A DNA stretch of 64,000 nucleotides from Bacillota bacterium (GTDB lineage: Bacteria > Bacillota > Dethiobacteria > DTU022), in NCBI GenBank assembly GCA_046483445.1, contig JAWODD010000031.1, positions 65,397 through 129,396 of the forward strand, given 5' to 3'. The notes under the pieces were generated by a model, which had not been told where the DNA came from, made no database searches, and worked only from the letters and a program-made list of their open reading frames with translations. A program made the translations under genes and the position numbers. Shown here one piece after another: positions 27,645-37,144 of the stretch. The first letter of the stretch is position 1; the number at the start of each line of letters is the position of its first letter.

Positions 27645-28958
27645 GTGTACCTGCATCCGGCCTCTCTGGCCAGAATTGTCAGCGATCTCAAAGAAGAAAA
27701 GATGGATCTAAAAGAGCATATAAATGAATGCTGCGACCGGATTGAAAAGTATGATTATGATGTTAAAGCTTTACTGCCTGAATCCGGGCGAAGAGAAAGG
27801 TTGTTGAAAGAAGCTGAAGTACTGCAGGAAACCTATCCGGATCCGGCTAAACGGCCTGCACTTTACGGTGCCTTGATTGGGGTTAAAGATATTTACCAGG
27901 TGGACGACTTTCCCACAAGAGCAGGCTCAAGACTTGATCCGGCAGCGCTTGCCGGTCCGGAAGCGGAATCTGTCTGGCTTTTACGCCAGTGTGGCGCTTT
28001 AATCCTGGGCAAAACTGTTACCACTGAGTTTGCTTATTTTGTTCCGGGGCCAACCCGCAATCCTCATAATTTAGAACATACTCCGGGAGGTTCCAGCAGC
28101 GGTTCTGCAGCGGCAGTTGCAGCCGGATTTAGTCCTCTGACACTTGGTACGCAAACTATCGGTTCAATAAACCGTCCTGCCGCTTTTTGCGGCGTGATTG
28201 GGTTTAAGCCAAGTTACAATCGTATATCCAGGGCCGGTTTAATTAACTTTTCTCCTTCTGTGGATCACGTTGGATTTTTTACCCAGGATATCGAGGGCAT
28301 GATTATAGCCGCAGAGACTATTTGTCATAATTGGCAGGAGATAGATGTTACCTATAAACCAATTTTGGGTGTGCCCAAAGGGCCCTACCTGGAGCAGGCC
28401 TCGCCCGAAGCCCTGGAAGCATTTAATGCTCAGCTCAAAAGGCTGGAGAAGGCGGGCTATAGTATCAGGGAAATTAATGTTTTTGATAATATTGAACAGA
28501 TTAATAAAAATCACCGCAAGTTAATTGCTGCTGAAATGGCTATTGAACATGAAGATCTTTATGCCAAATATTCAGATCTCTACAGCAGCCAAACGGTTGA
28601 ACTGATCGAAGAAGGTATAAATGTGACTGAAAAAGAGCTCGAAGAGGTGCGAAAACAAAGGAAAGAATTAAGGGAGGAAATTGAAGCCACCATGTGGCCG
28701 GCCAACCTGGGATTATGGGTAACCCCGGCTGCGACCGGTCCGGCTCCAAAAGGCTTGCAATCAACGGGGGATCCGATTATGAATTTACCCTGGACCAATA
28801 CCGGTATGCCCTCGCTGACCGTCCCTTCGGGCAGATCAAAAGAGGGCCTTCCCCTGGGCCTGCAGTTGATAGCCCCCTTCATGGGGGATGAATTGCTGCT
28901 GTCCTGGAGCAGTGAGGTGGCTAAAGTCTTTGAAGAATTCCAGGCCTATAATCTTTAA
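27645..28958 (+). CDS. Amidase signature (AS) family amidase (GatA-like)
   Basis: GGSSSGSAAAVAAG is the amidase signature with Ser-cisSer-Lys. The ORF track starts at 27639 with TTG, but the AGGAGG RBS is better spaced for the GTG at 27645. Confidence 0.8.
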   Translation: MYLHPASLARIVSDLKEEKMDLKEHINECCDRIEKYDYDVKALLPESGRRERLLKEAEVLQETYPDPAKRPALYGALIGVKDIYQVDDFPTRAGSRLDPAALAGPEAESVWLLRQCGALILGKTVTTEFAYFVPGPTRNPHNLEHTPGGSSSGSAAAVAAGFSPLTLGTQTIGSINRPAAFCGVIGFKPSYNRISRAGLINFSPSVDHVGFFTQDIEGMIIAAETICHNWQEIDVTYKPILGVPKGPYLEQASPEALEAFNAQLKRLEKAGYSIREINVFDNIEQINKNHRKLIAAEMAIEHEDLYAKYSDLYSSQTVELIEEGINVTEKELEEVRKQRKELREEIEATMWPANLGLWVTPAATGPAPKGLQSTGDPIMNLPWTNTGMPSLTVPSGRSKEGLPLGLQLIAPFMGDELLLSWSSEVAKVFEEFQAYNL

Positions 28959-28990
28959 ATATTTTTCTGTTTAATTTTAGTAATCGATCC

Positions 28991-29030
28991 AATTACCGCC
29001 GGTTAAGCTTGCCGGCGGTAATTGGTTTTT
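28991..29030. terminator. Bidirectional rho-independent terminator between the amidase gene (+) and a membrane protein gene (-)
   Basis: Perfect 12-bp stem AATTACCGCCGG / CCGGCGGTAATT with loop TTAAGCTTG is followed by GGTTTTT. Confidence 0.65.
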
Positions 29031-29053
29031 CTAAACCAAAGAATCGATTTTTC

Positions 29054-29509
29054 TCAGGCTTCAGCGGGCGATGAACGATCAATTAAAGAAGCAGCTATCC
29101 GGGTAATTACTATGGCCAGTATTGTGCGGGTAACTAATAAAACAATGGGATTGGCGCCAAAAACGGCAAAAATCAGGGTATCTTCCACAACTGAGTGGGA
29201 TATGCACAAGAAAATACCAATAAGCATTAAATCGCGTTTTTTTAAAATCCCTTCCCTGGCGTAGTCTATGATCAGCGCCGATCCCAGGACAATGCCAAAA
29301 AACAGTCCGGCCAGCAGGGGAAAGGCTGCTTCCTGGGGTAAGGTTAAAAAATCAAGTAAGCCTTTTACCTTGCCCGTTATCTTTTCGATTAACTGGTAGT
29401 GCCGGGCAAATTCAATTAAAATCATCACCGGGACTAAAAGTAAAGCCAGCTTGGCAATGTTTAGCAGGGTGTCGGTAATGGTTGTGACCAGGAGGGAAAT
29501 TATTTCCAT
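29054..29509 (-). CDS. Nucleoside-recognition (Gate) domain membrane protein, SpmB-like half
   Basis: This 151-aa polytopic membrane protein is paired with an adjacent similar protein. The family assignment comes from overall hydrophobic pattern only. Confidence 0.4.
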   Translation of the reverse strand: MEIISLLVTTITDTLLNIAKLALLLVPVMILIEFARHYQLIEKITGKVKGLLDFLTLPQEAAFPLLAGLFFGIVLGSALIIDYAREGILKKRDLMLIGIFLCISHSVVEDTLIFAVFGANPIVLLVTRTILAIVITRIAASLIDRSSPAEA

Positions 29510-29525
29510 GTCCGATCCTATCTCC

Positions 29526-29972
29526 TTACGGGATTAAGTTGTAGAACAAGTTTACGGTTAAACCGGCAAACAGGGCGACTGATATGCGCAAGGCGGCAGC
29601 CGCCGGAATGCGCAGGCCGGTATATCTGCAGACAACGGTTTCCACCGGTAGTTCATGGCAGATTCCTATCATGATCGCTAACACAGTAATTTGCTGCGGG
29701 CTTAAAGTCATTGCCGACAAGACTCCTAAAGCGGCGAAAAAATTTACTGTAAAGCTGAGCAATAATGCAATTGTGGCTTCACCGGGCAGTCCAAACAGGG
29801 ACATTGCCGGAGTAAAAAAACCGGCAATAAATTCAATGATGCCATAGTAATTGAGAACGGCTACCGCGCAAGAAACAGGGACAATAATTTTTGTGAGGAG
29901 CCAGAGCAGTTTTGCACTCTTCAGCAGTCCTTTTTTAATCGGTTCTGCAAGGGCGTACATTTTTAATACCAC
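29526..29972 (-). CDS. Nucleoside-recognition (Gate) domain membrane protein, SpmA-like half
   Basis: This 148-aa polytopic membrane protein sits 16 nt upstream of its partner. Confidence 0.4.
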   Translation of the reverse strand: MVLKMYALAEPIKKGLLKSAKLLWLLTKIIVPVSCAVAVLNYYGIIEFIAGFFTPAMSLFGLPGEATIALLLSFTVNFFAALGVLSAMTLSPQQITVLAIMIGICHELPVETVVCRYTGLRIPAAAALRISVALFAGLTVNLFYNLIP

Positions 29973-30004
29973 CTTAATTAGTTTAAATTAGAGCTGCCTG
30001 CTAT

Positions 30005-31153
30005 TTATTCATCTCCAAGAACCATGTGCATCTGCATAAACCGCATCATGTCGGTCCGGCTGAGCAATCCAACCAGCTCACCATTATTTTCCATTACCAG
30101 GGCCCGTCCGGCGTTTTGATTGGCCATTTTCATCATTACTTCAGCTGCGTCACTATCAGGGCTGGTGACCATGACCTCTTTAAGCGGGGTCAAGATATGG
30201 GCTACAGTAGTGTGGGACCATTTTTCCCGCGGCACCTCTTTTAAATTTTGCAGGGTTACCAGTCCGTGGGTGGTCGAACCGTAGACCACAGGAAATGCTC
30301 CGTACTTATAGTGCAGGAAATAATCGGCCAACTGATCTAAAGTGGCATCAGGTGAAATCGTTTGCAGGTTCCGGCTCATCAATTCAGAAACTTTCATTCC
30401 AGAGAAAGTTTCTTTAAAGACAAGCTGGGAATAGCTGGATTGCCCGGCCTGGTAGATCATCCAGCCGAGAAAAATCAGCCAGATACCCCAGAGGTCTTCC
30501 TGGAAAAAGACAATCATAAATCCCAGGGCCATGGCCATGAACGAAAGAGCGCTGCCAACCATAACGGCAATGCGGGTTGCCTTTAATATATTACTGCCAA
30601 AAAGCCAGATTATAGAGCGGAAAAGTCTTCCCCCGTCTAAAGGAAAGGCCGGAACCAGGTTAAAAACGGCCATAATCATATTGACCCTGGCTACGAAAAA
30701 AATCGCTTCCCCGATAAGCTCTCCCGGAGTTAAGAACAGGTAGTAAATAGCGCCTGAAAGTGCGGCAAGTATCAGGCTGGTTAAAGGACCGGCTGCGGTT
30801 ACTTTAAACTCGGAGCGCGGGCTTTTTGGCTCTGTTTCCATTTGGGCCACCCCGCCAAAAATAAACAGGGTAATTTTTTTAATGGGAATTCCTTCGTTTA
30901 TAGCGACAAAAGAATGGCCCAATTCGTGGGTTAACACCGAGGCAAAAATCAACAAGGAAGTAATTATTCCCGCTGTCCAGTAAACTTGAGGGCTTAAGCC
31001 CTCCACCATGACGGGGAAATAACCCTGGGCCAGGCTTAAACTGAACAGGAAAAAAATCAGCAGCCAGCTGATATGAATTTCTACCGGTATTTCCCTGATA
31101 TACATTAATCGAAATGCACTGTTCATTCCAGTTCCGGCCTCCTCCCGGGACAA
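30005..31153 (-). CDS. M50 site-2 protease family zinc metalloprotease with C-terminal CBS pair
   Basis: HExxH motif (THELGHSFVA) is embedded in a TM domain. A C-terminal CBS pair is present (MSRNLQTISPDATL..., GLLSRTDMMRF). Confidence 0.75.
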   Translation of the reverse strand: MSREEAGTGMNSAFRLMYIREIPVEIHISWLLIFFLFSLSLAQGYFPVMVEGLSPQVYWTAGIITSLLIFASVLTHELGHSFVAINEGIPIKKITLFIFGGVAQMETEPKSPRSEFKVTAAGPLTSLILAALSGAIYYLFLTPGELIGEAIFFVARVNMIMAVFNLVPAFPLDGGRLFRSIIWLFGSNILKATRIAVMVGSALSFMAMALGFMIVFFQEDLWGIWLIFLGWMIYQAGQSSYSQLVFKETFSGMKVSELMSRNLQTISPDATLDQLADYFLHYKYGAFPVVYGSTTHGLVTLQNLKEVPREKWSHTTVAHILTPLKEVMVTSPDSDAAEVMMKMANQNAGRALVMENNGELVGLLSRTDMMRFMQMHMVLGDE

Positions 31154-31195
31154 GTAGCTTTATAATTTTTCCTTTTATATTATATTGGCTAAAGC

Positions 31196-32332
31196 CTATT
31201 GGTTATCCTGCTCCGACAGGGCCAGGCGGGCTTCCTTTTTTACTTCTGCTTCGGGATCGTTTATAAGGGATTTATCAAGGGCGAAACAGGCTTTGTTGCC
31301 CCCTAAACGGCCCAGGGACCAGGCAGCGTGAACCCGGATTACCGGGCGAGGATCGTTTTTTAAAAACCGGGCAAGCAGGGGGACAGCAGCTTGATCGCCA
31401 CTGTTGCCGAGAGCGATCACGGCATTTCTTTGCAAAGTGGTTTTTCCGCGCCATCCGGCTGAGGTCAATTCGATGCTCAATTTGAATTCTTTTTGGCTTA
31501 TCTCAAGCAGAGGAAACAGAAGGGGTTCTGCCGGAAAAAATGAAAACGCTGCTTCCGGGTGAGGTGAACTTTGTCTATTTTGATTGAGGGGGCATACTTC
31601 CTGGCAGGTATCGCACCCATAAATCCTCTTGCCCAGGCTTGAACGCAGGTTGCGGGGAAAGGTCTCTTTAGCCTGGGTCAGGTAAGATAAACACCGGTAT
31701 GGATTAAGAATATATGGTTCAGTGATAGCTCCTGTCGGGCAAGCTTTTTGGCATTTGCCACAGCGCAGACAGTGTTTTTTTAAAGGAGTTTGCTTTTCCG
31801 GTTCTATCTTTTTGTCCAGCAAAATGGTGCCAATAGTGATATATGATCCATAATGCCGGTTAATCAGGGTGCAGTTTTCACCGATAAGGCCCAGTCCTGC
31901 TTTAAAAGCCAGCTCTCTTTCGAGCAGCGGACTGCGGTCACAATAGATTTTGGGGTTAATATTTCCTGTTGTGTTTTTTTCAAGCAGCCCGGCAAGCTTT
32001 GCAGCCCTGGCTTCGATTAATTTGTGATAGTCGACACTGCGGGCACAGCGCGCTACTGTACCGCGTGGTTCTGCTGTTCGCAGGGGCGGATCTTTTTTCG
32101 GGGCTGCATAGGGAAGCGCTATGACAATAATGCTTTGACAACTATTAAAAAGATGTTTTGCAGAAATTCGCCTGGCCGGATCTTTTTCTTCAAAAGGAGT
32201 AATTCTTTTTTCATCAATGCGCCGCTTTAAGCGTGGCTGCATATAAGTAAGGGGATCAGTAGTGACTACACCCGTCTGCTCAATATTACAGGCACTCGCC
32301 ATCTGTTTTAACAATTCGTTATTGATTGCCAT
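31196..32332 (-). CDS. queG: Epoxyqueuosine reductase (tRNA queuosine biosynthesis)
   Basis: 4Fe-4S ferredoxin motifs (CLRCGKCQKACPTGAI, CDTCQEVCP) are present. C-terminal HEAT-like repeats with ALGNSGD occur in a 378-aa protein. Confidence 0.85.
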   Translation of the reverse strand: MAINNELLKQMASACNIEQTGVVTTDPLTYMQPRLKRRIDEKRITPFEEKDPARRISAKHLFNSCQSIIVIALPYAAPKKDPPLRTAEPRGTVARCARSVDYHKLIEARAAKLAGLLEKNTTGNINPKIYCDRSPLLERELAFKAGLGLIGENCTLINRHYGSYITIGTILLDKKIEPEKQTPLKKHCLRCGKCQKACPTGAITEPYILNPYRCLSYLTQAKETFPRNLRSSLGKRIYGCDTCQEVCPLNQNRQSSPHPEAAFSFFPAEPLLFPLLEISQKEFKLSIELTSAGWRGKTTLQRNAVIALGNSGDQAAVPLLARFLKNDPRPVIRVHAAWSLGRLGGNKACFALDKSLINDPEAEVKKEARLALSEQDNQ

Positions 32333-32488
32333 TATAGATTCTCCAATTTTCTAATGATCTTTCTCCTTGTGCTTTTACCTGGCTTTTTGATCATAAGCGG
32401 CTTTTAAAATTACGTCAAATCATATTTTTTGGAGCAGGAATAAGCACAAGGTTGGAAGAAATATATTTCGGAGATAATCTGCGCAGGA

Positions 32489-32761
32489 GTGGAAGTGGTG
32501 GCTGTGGAAAACAACTGGGTATTTTTAACAGAGGTCAGCAATGACGTGGAAGCGGATATTATTTGCGGGTTTCTCTGGGAAAAGGGCATTCCCGCCAGGA
32601 AATCAGACAGCAGTCCTTATACCGGGGCAATGCGGGTAATTGGTGGACAGGCCCTGGAGGTTCAGGTGCTGGTTCCGGAACCATATTTAAACCAGGCGGA
32701 AAACCTCCTGCATGAATTTGAATCAAGCTTTGAGTGGGACCCGGAAGATTTTGAAGAATAA
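32489..32761 (+). CDS. Small PII-like/DUF2007-like protein
   Basis: This is a 90-aa acidic protein. The family call is weak. Confidence 0.35.
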   Translation: MEVVAVENNWVFLTEVSNDVEADIICGFLWEKGIPARKSDSSPYTGAMRVIGGQALEVQVLVPEPYLNQAENLLHEFESSFEWDPEDFEE

Positions 32762-32782
32762 CTTTTCAGGGAGGTTTAAATT

Positions 32783-33769
32783 ATGAGATTCCCACCGGTG
32801 ACCAGGCCTGTTTTTTCTGATCACCCAAAATATGAATCATTCTGGCTGCTATTTCTTTTGGCTTTAACCGTAATTTCTGCGCTACTCTTAATTTTTGCCT
32901 GGCCTTTTACCCGCAGCCTGGAATTGATTGAAGCCCTGCAGGCATGGCGGGCAGTTCCCGGGGTGGAATTTATATTCCGCACTTTTACGTTTATTGGTGA
33001 TGATGAATTTTTTATGATCCTGTTCAGTTTTTTGATTTGGTGTGTAAGCAAGTCCCTGGGTTTTTGGAGCGCTTTTGTTCTTTTAAGTTCAGCAACCTGC
33101 AGCAACCTGATTAAAGACATCACCCTGCTTGAGCGGCCACCGGTGAAAGGAGTTGAACATCCGCCGGGCAGTTATGCTTTCCCAAGCGGCCACACTTTAA
33201 CAGCTGTAACAGTGTGGTTTTACCTGGCGGTAAGAATTAAAAGTACCGGTTTTTGGGTATGGACAATTTTGGTTATAACTATAATTGCTCTTTCGCGCAT
33301 GGTCCTGGGCTACCATTATTTGGCTGATATTCTCGGCGGTGTTGCCTTTGGGATTTCTTTTATCCTTGGATTTCTCTGGTTAAGTATATTGTTTTATGAA
33401 AAAGGCTGGATTGAACGCTTTTCAACTTCCCTTCTGGCGGTTCTTGCCATAGTGGTCCCGGTAATTTTAGCGGCGGTTCTTCCGGGAGTAGATCCCCCCA
33501 AAATACTGGGCTATCTGGCCGGCGCTTCTTTTGGTTATGTAATTGAACAAGATAAAATACGGGCCACGGTATCAGCCCCCCTGGGGAAGCAAATACTAAA
33601 AGTGCTTTTGGGAGTAACAGTCCTATTCGGGATCATCGCCGGCCTGGGAGGAATTTTGCCTTCGGCTGTAGCACCGCTTGGGTTCATTCGTTATGCTTTA
33701 GGCGGGGTTTGGGTAACTCTTGCAGCTCCCGCTTTGTTTATAAAACTTAAACTTTCTAAGAAAGAGTAA
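32783..33769 (+). CDS. PAP2-family membrane phosphatase (phosphatidic acid phosphatase type 2-like)
   Basis: PAP2 motifs are present (KDITLLERPP..., FPSGHTL, SRMVLGYHYLADILGG) in a multi-TM protein. Confidence 0.7.
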   Translation: MRFPPVTRPVFSDHPKYESFWLLFLLALTVISALLLIFAWPFTRSLELIEALQAWRAVPGVEFIFRTFTFIGDDEFFMILFSFLIWCVSKSLGFWSAFVLLSSATCSNLIKDITLLERPPVKGVEHPPGSYAFPSGHTLTAVTVWFYLAVRIKSTGFWVWTILVITIIALSRMVLGYHYLADILGGVAFGISFILGFLWLSILFYEKGWIERFSTSLLAVLAIVVPVILAAVLPGVDPPKILGYLAGASFGYVIEQDKIRATVSAPLGKQILKVLLGVTVLFGIIAGLGGILPSAVAPLGFIRYALGGVWVTLAAPALFIKLKLSKKE

Positions 33770-33849
33770 ACCTGGTTATCGCATTTGTGGACAAAATAAG
33801 TTATAATAGATTAGCAATAGAATTGCGTATTATTCGGAGGTGAAGTGAG

Positions 33850-34044
33850 TTGATTGGTGGAAAAATCGGCCTTTGGGAAATACTGCTTGTTCTTGTGGTA
33901 GCTCTGGTTATTTTTGGCCCGACAAAATTGCCTGAAATGGGACGTTCCATCGGTAATGGTTTGAAAGAATTTAGAAAAGCAACCCGGGATCTGAAGGAAA
34001 CTATTAGCCTCGAGGATAATGAGTCTGACCACAAAAGTGGTTAA
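33850..34044 (+). CDS. tatA: Twin-arginine translocase subunit TatA/E
   Basis: N-terminal TM helix plus amphipathic helix (LVVALVIFGPTKLPEMGRSIG) in a 64-aa protein. Confidence 0.8.
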   Translation: MIGGKIGLWEILLVLVVALVIFGPTKLPEMGRSIGNGLKEFRKATRDLKETISLEDNESDHKSG

Positions 34045-34125
34045 AGTTTCTTTGTCCGGGCTTGTGTGGTAAAATAAGAATGCAAACACAAAATGTTTTT
34101 ATTCTCAACCTGAGGAGGATTTACA

Positions 34126-34317
34126 ATGTTAGGAAGAATAGGAATGCCTGAAATTATTGCCATTTTGGCGGTAATCCTTTTGATATTTGGTTCTACCAAG
34201 CTTCCGCAGCTGGCAAAATCTATCGGGCAAAGCGTGGTTGAATTAAAACGAGGATTAAAAGATAGTACATCATCTGACGAATCGACTTCCCCGAATTCAG
34301 AGCCTGATAAACAGTAA
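34126..34317 (+). CDS. Twin-arginine translocase subunit TatA/E, second copy
   Basis: ILLIFGSTKLPQLAKSIGQS in a 63-aa protein. Confidence 0.8.
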   Translation: MLGRIGMPEIIAILAVILLIFGSTKLPQLAKSIGQSVVELKRGLKDSTSSDESTSPNSEPDKQ

Positions 34318-34388
34318 GGGCTTATGAAACATTGTTTTTAACAGGGGGTTAAAACAGTGCCGGGAATGCCGGGGGGTAATCAGTACTT

Positions 34389-35120
34389 TTGAGCAATAAT
34401 AAAAACGGTACTATGCCCATACTAGAACATATTTCAGAATTGCGCCTGCGCCTGGTAATTTCAGCAGGCGCTTTACTTGTAGCCGTAGGGATCAGTTTTG
34501 CCAACGTTGAATTGTTTCGTGGTATACTAACCCGTCCCCTCGGAGATATGCCACTCATCTATCTTTCTCCTCCGGAAGCTTTTACGGCTAATTTAAAGTT
34601 GTCTTTGTTTACCGGGCTGGTTTTAGCTTTGCCTGTACTTCTGTATGAGTTATCCGCTTATATCTTCCCCGGTCTGACTAGTGGTGAAAAAAAGTTTTAC
34701 CTGGCGGTCCTGGCCGGCATAATCGTGCTTTTTAGCGCCGGGGTCATTTTTGCTTTTCATGTAGTATTTCCATATACACTGAGCTTTTTTCTCCAATTTG
34801 CCGATGCTCAACTTGAACCCCATTTAACAATCAGCGATTATTTAGCCTTTGTTCTATCCTTCCACATTGCTTTTGGGGCGGTATTTCAGCTGCCACTTTT
34901 GACCTGGGCTCTTGGCAAAATAGGTCTTCTGAGCACAAGCTTTTTACGGCGTCACAGAAAAATAGCCATCTTAATTATGTTGATTATGGCCTCGATTATT
35001 ACCCCCCCGGATATTATTTCCCAGGCAATTATGATTTTACCCTTGCTCTTTCTTTATGAATTGGGTATTTTTATGGTGATGATCAGTGAAAGGAAGCAAT
35101 TAGATGCGCTTTCTGATTAG
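34389..35120 (+). CDS. tatC: Twin-arginine translocase subunit TatC
   Basis: Six TM helices and the conserved N-terminus (ILEHISELRLRL) in a 243-aa protein. Confidence 0.85.
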   Translation: MSNNKNGTMPILEHISELRLRLVISAGALLVAVGISFANVELFRGILTRPLGDMPLIYLSPPEAFTANLKLSLFTGLVLALPVLLYELSAYIFPGLTSGEKKFYLAVLAGIIVLFSAGVIFAFHVVFPYTLSFFLQFADAQLEPHLTISDYLAFVLSFHIAFGAVFQLPLLTWALGKIGLLSTSFLRRHRKIAILIMLIMASIITPPDIISQAIMILPLLFLYELGIFMVMISERKQLDALSD

Positions 35121-35324
35121 GATTAAGCGGCAGCCGGCAGCGCTGAAATTTCGCTAATAGTTGAAAATCCGTCAGGTAATCATGATAATCCTGTAACTAA
35201 TCAATCAGTTGTGATTATTAATAACTCGTGGTATGTTTTATTTTAATGGCGACGATTACAAACTATTTGGGTTTACACTTAAAAAAGAACTGGGCTGTGG
35301 TTATCCTGCTATAGGAGTGGGAGT

Positions 35325-35960
35325 TTGGCCGATATAAAACAGGAAAACAACAATTTAAAGGGAGCTATAATTTTAGCCGGCGGTGACAGCAAACGACTGG
35401 GTCATCCCAAGGCTTTGCTGGAAATTAATGGTCAAAGCTTAATTGAGCTGGTTGTGGGGATCTTAAGCAGTTACTTCCAGGAGTTGACAGTAGTTACTGA
35501 TCGCCCCGAACTGTATGATTCCCTGCCGGTAAGGGTAACCGGGGATTTGCTGAAAGCTGATCAAAAAAGCCCCCTGCGGGGGATCCACGCCGGATTAAGC
35601 GTCTCTAACTTGCCTTATCAATTTGTGGCAGCCTGTGATATGCCCTTCTTAAACCTGGAATTGATTAAATATATGGCAAGTTTTGCTGGTTCTTATGACG
35701 CGGTAGTCCCCCGGGTTGGCAGATATTATCAACCGTTGCATGCCTTTTACCGGCGTTCATGTATTGGTATAATTGAGAAGCAGGTTAACGAGGGGGATTA
35801 TAAGGTAACAGATTTTTATGAGTATCTAAAGATAAGGTTTATTAGTTTATCTGAAATAACCCTTTTTGATCCGGAGCAGAAATCTTTTATAAACATCAAC
35901 ACCTGGGAAGATTACAAGAAAACACTGGCACTTATGAACGGTAAGCGGGAAACCAGTTGA
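35325..35960 (+). CDS. mobA: Molybdenum cofactor guanylyltransferase
   Basis: GAIILAGGDSKRLGHPKALLEINGQSLIE is the MobA-like NTP-transferase N-terminus. The protein is 211 aa. Confidence 0.75.
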   Translation: MADIKQENNNLKGAIILAGGDSKRLGHPKALLEINGQSLIELVVGILSSYFQELTVVTDRPELYDSLPVRVTGDLLKADQKSPLRGIHAGLSVSNLPYQFVAACDMPFLNLELIKYMASFAGSYDAVVPRVGRYYQPLHAFYRRSCIGIIEKQVNEGDYKVTDFYEYLKIRFISLSEITLFDPEQKSFININTWEDYKKTLALMNGKRETS

Positions 35961-37144
35961 TCAAGGAGGAGATGGAGAAAATGAAAATACCCGAATATAT
36001 CGGTTCCCTGGCCTTTGGCGTGAAAATGGGGGTTATCCTGCCAGGAATGGATATTGTAGAAGAAATCTTAAAGCCTCTTTCCAAGTGTAACCGGGACAGT
36101 CTTTTGGATAGCGGCGACGTGATTTGCATTACTGAATCTATTGTAGCTCGGGCTCAGAACAACTATATTACTGTTGATGATATTGCTCGGGAAATAAAAG
36201 AAAAATTAAATTTAGCCAAGGATGCTAAGCTAGCTGTGGTTTTTCCCATTGCCAGCCGCAACCGGTTTTCCATGATCTTAAAAGGCCTGGCCCGTGCTGT
36301 GCCCGAAGGGGAAGTGCTGGTTCAGCTTTCCTGCCCATCGGATGAGGTTGGAAACCAGGTGATTTCTCCAGAATTTGTAGAGAAACTGGATAATAAAGTG
36401 ATTACTTTTAATGAGCTGAAAGGTTATCAGTTCAAACATCCGGTAACCGGGGTGGATTATATTAACCTCTACCGGAGCCTTATTGAAGAAGAGGGGGCCC
36501 GCCCTAATATTATCCTTTCCAATGATCCGGTGCAGGCTCTAGAGGCACAGCCCGATGGAGTAGTGGTTGCTGACATCCATACCAGGGCAGAAACAATTAA
36601 AGTGATCAAAAAACATTTTTCAAACTGCATCACTCTCGAGCAGATCTGCAACGAAGGAGATAAGTATTCAGAGTGGGGTCTTCTGGGCAGTAATTTATCA
36701 TCGGGAGAAAGGCTTAAATTGGCCCCGCGCGAAGGCAAGCAGGTGGTTAAAGAACTGCAGGCCAGGGTGAAACAAGACTTTGGCCTGACGGTGGAGGTTA
36801 TGATTTATGGAGATGGAGCCTATCTTGATCCTACCAGCGGGATTTATGAGCTTGCCGATCCCAAAGCTGCCTTTGCCGCTACCGATGGTCTGGACTGTTT
36901 CCGTGAAGGGGTTAAATATAAGTATCTTGCCGATCAGTTTTTTTATGAGGGGCACAGCAATACTGATGAAATCGAATCGTTTATTTCAAAAGAGGCAAAA
37001 CGGAAAGTAGCCAAAGACTGCCAGGAAAGAGAAGGCACTACTCCGCGGCGAATGGAGGATGTTTTGGCCAGCCTGGCCGATCTGGTCAGCGGCTCGGCGG
37101 ATGCCGGGACACCGGTAGTCCTGGTCAAGAACTTTCTCGTCTAG
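35957..37144 (+). CDS. Hypothetical protein, possibly CofE-like (F420-0:gamma-glutamyl ligase fold) domain protein
   Basis: GDVICITESIVARAQ resembles the CofE/FbiB ligase core. Its start overlaps the mobA stop (ATGA). The assignment is tentative. Confidence 0.3.
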   Translation: MIKEEMEKMKIPEYIGSLAFGVKMGVILPGMDIVEEILKPLSKCNRDSLLDSGDVICITESIVARAQNNYITVDDIAREIKEKLNLAKDAKLAVVFPIASRNRFSMILKGLARAVPEGEVLVQLSCPSDEVGNQVISPEFVEKLDNKVITFNELKGYQFKHPVTGVDYINLYRSLIEEEGARPNIILSNDPVQALEAQPDGVVVADIHTRAETIKVIKKHFSNCITLEQICNEGDKYSEWGLLGSNLSSGERLKLAPREGKQVVKELQARVKQDFGLTVEVMIYGDGAYLDPTSGIYELADPKAAFAATDGLDCFREGVKYKYLADQFFYEGHSNTDEIESFISKEAKRKVAKDCQEREGTTPRRMEDVLASLADLVSGSADAGTPVVLVKNFLV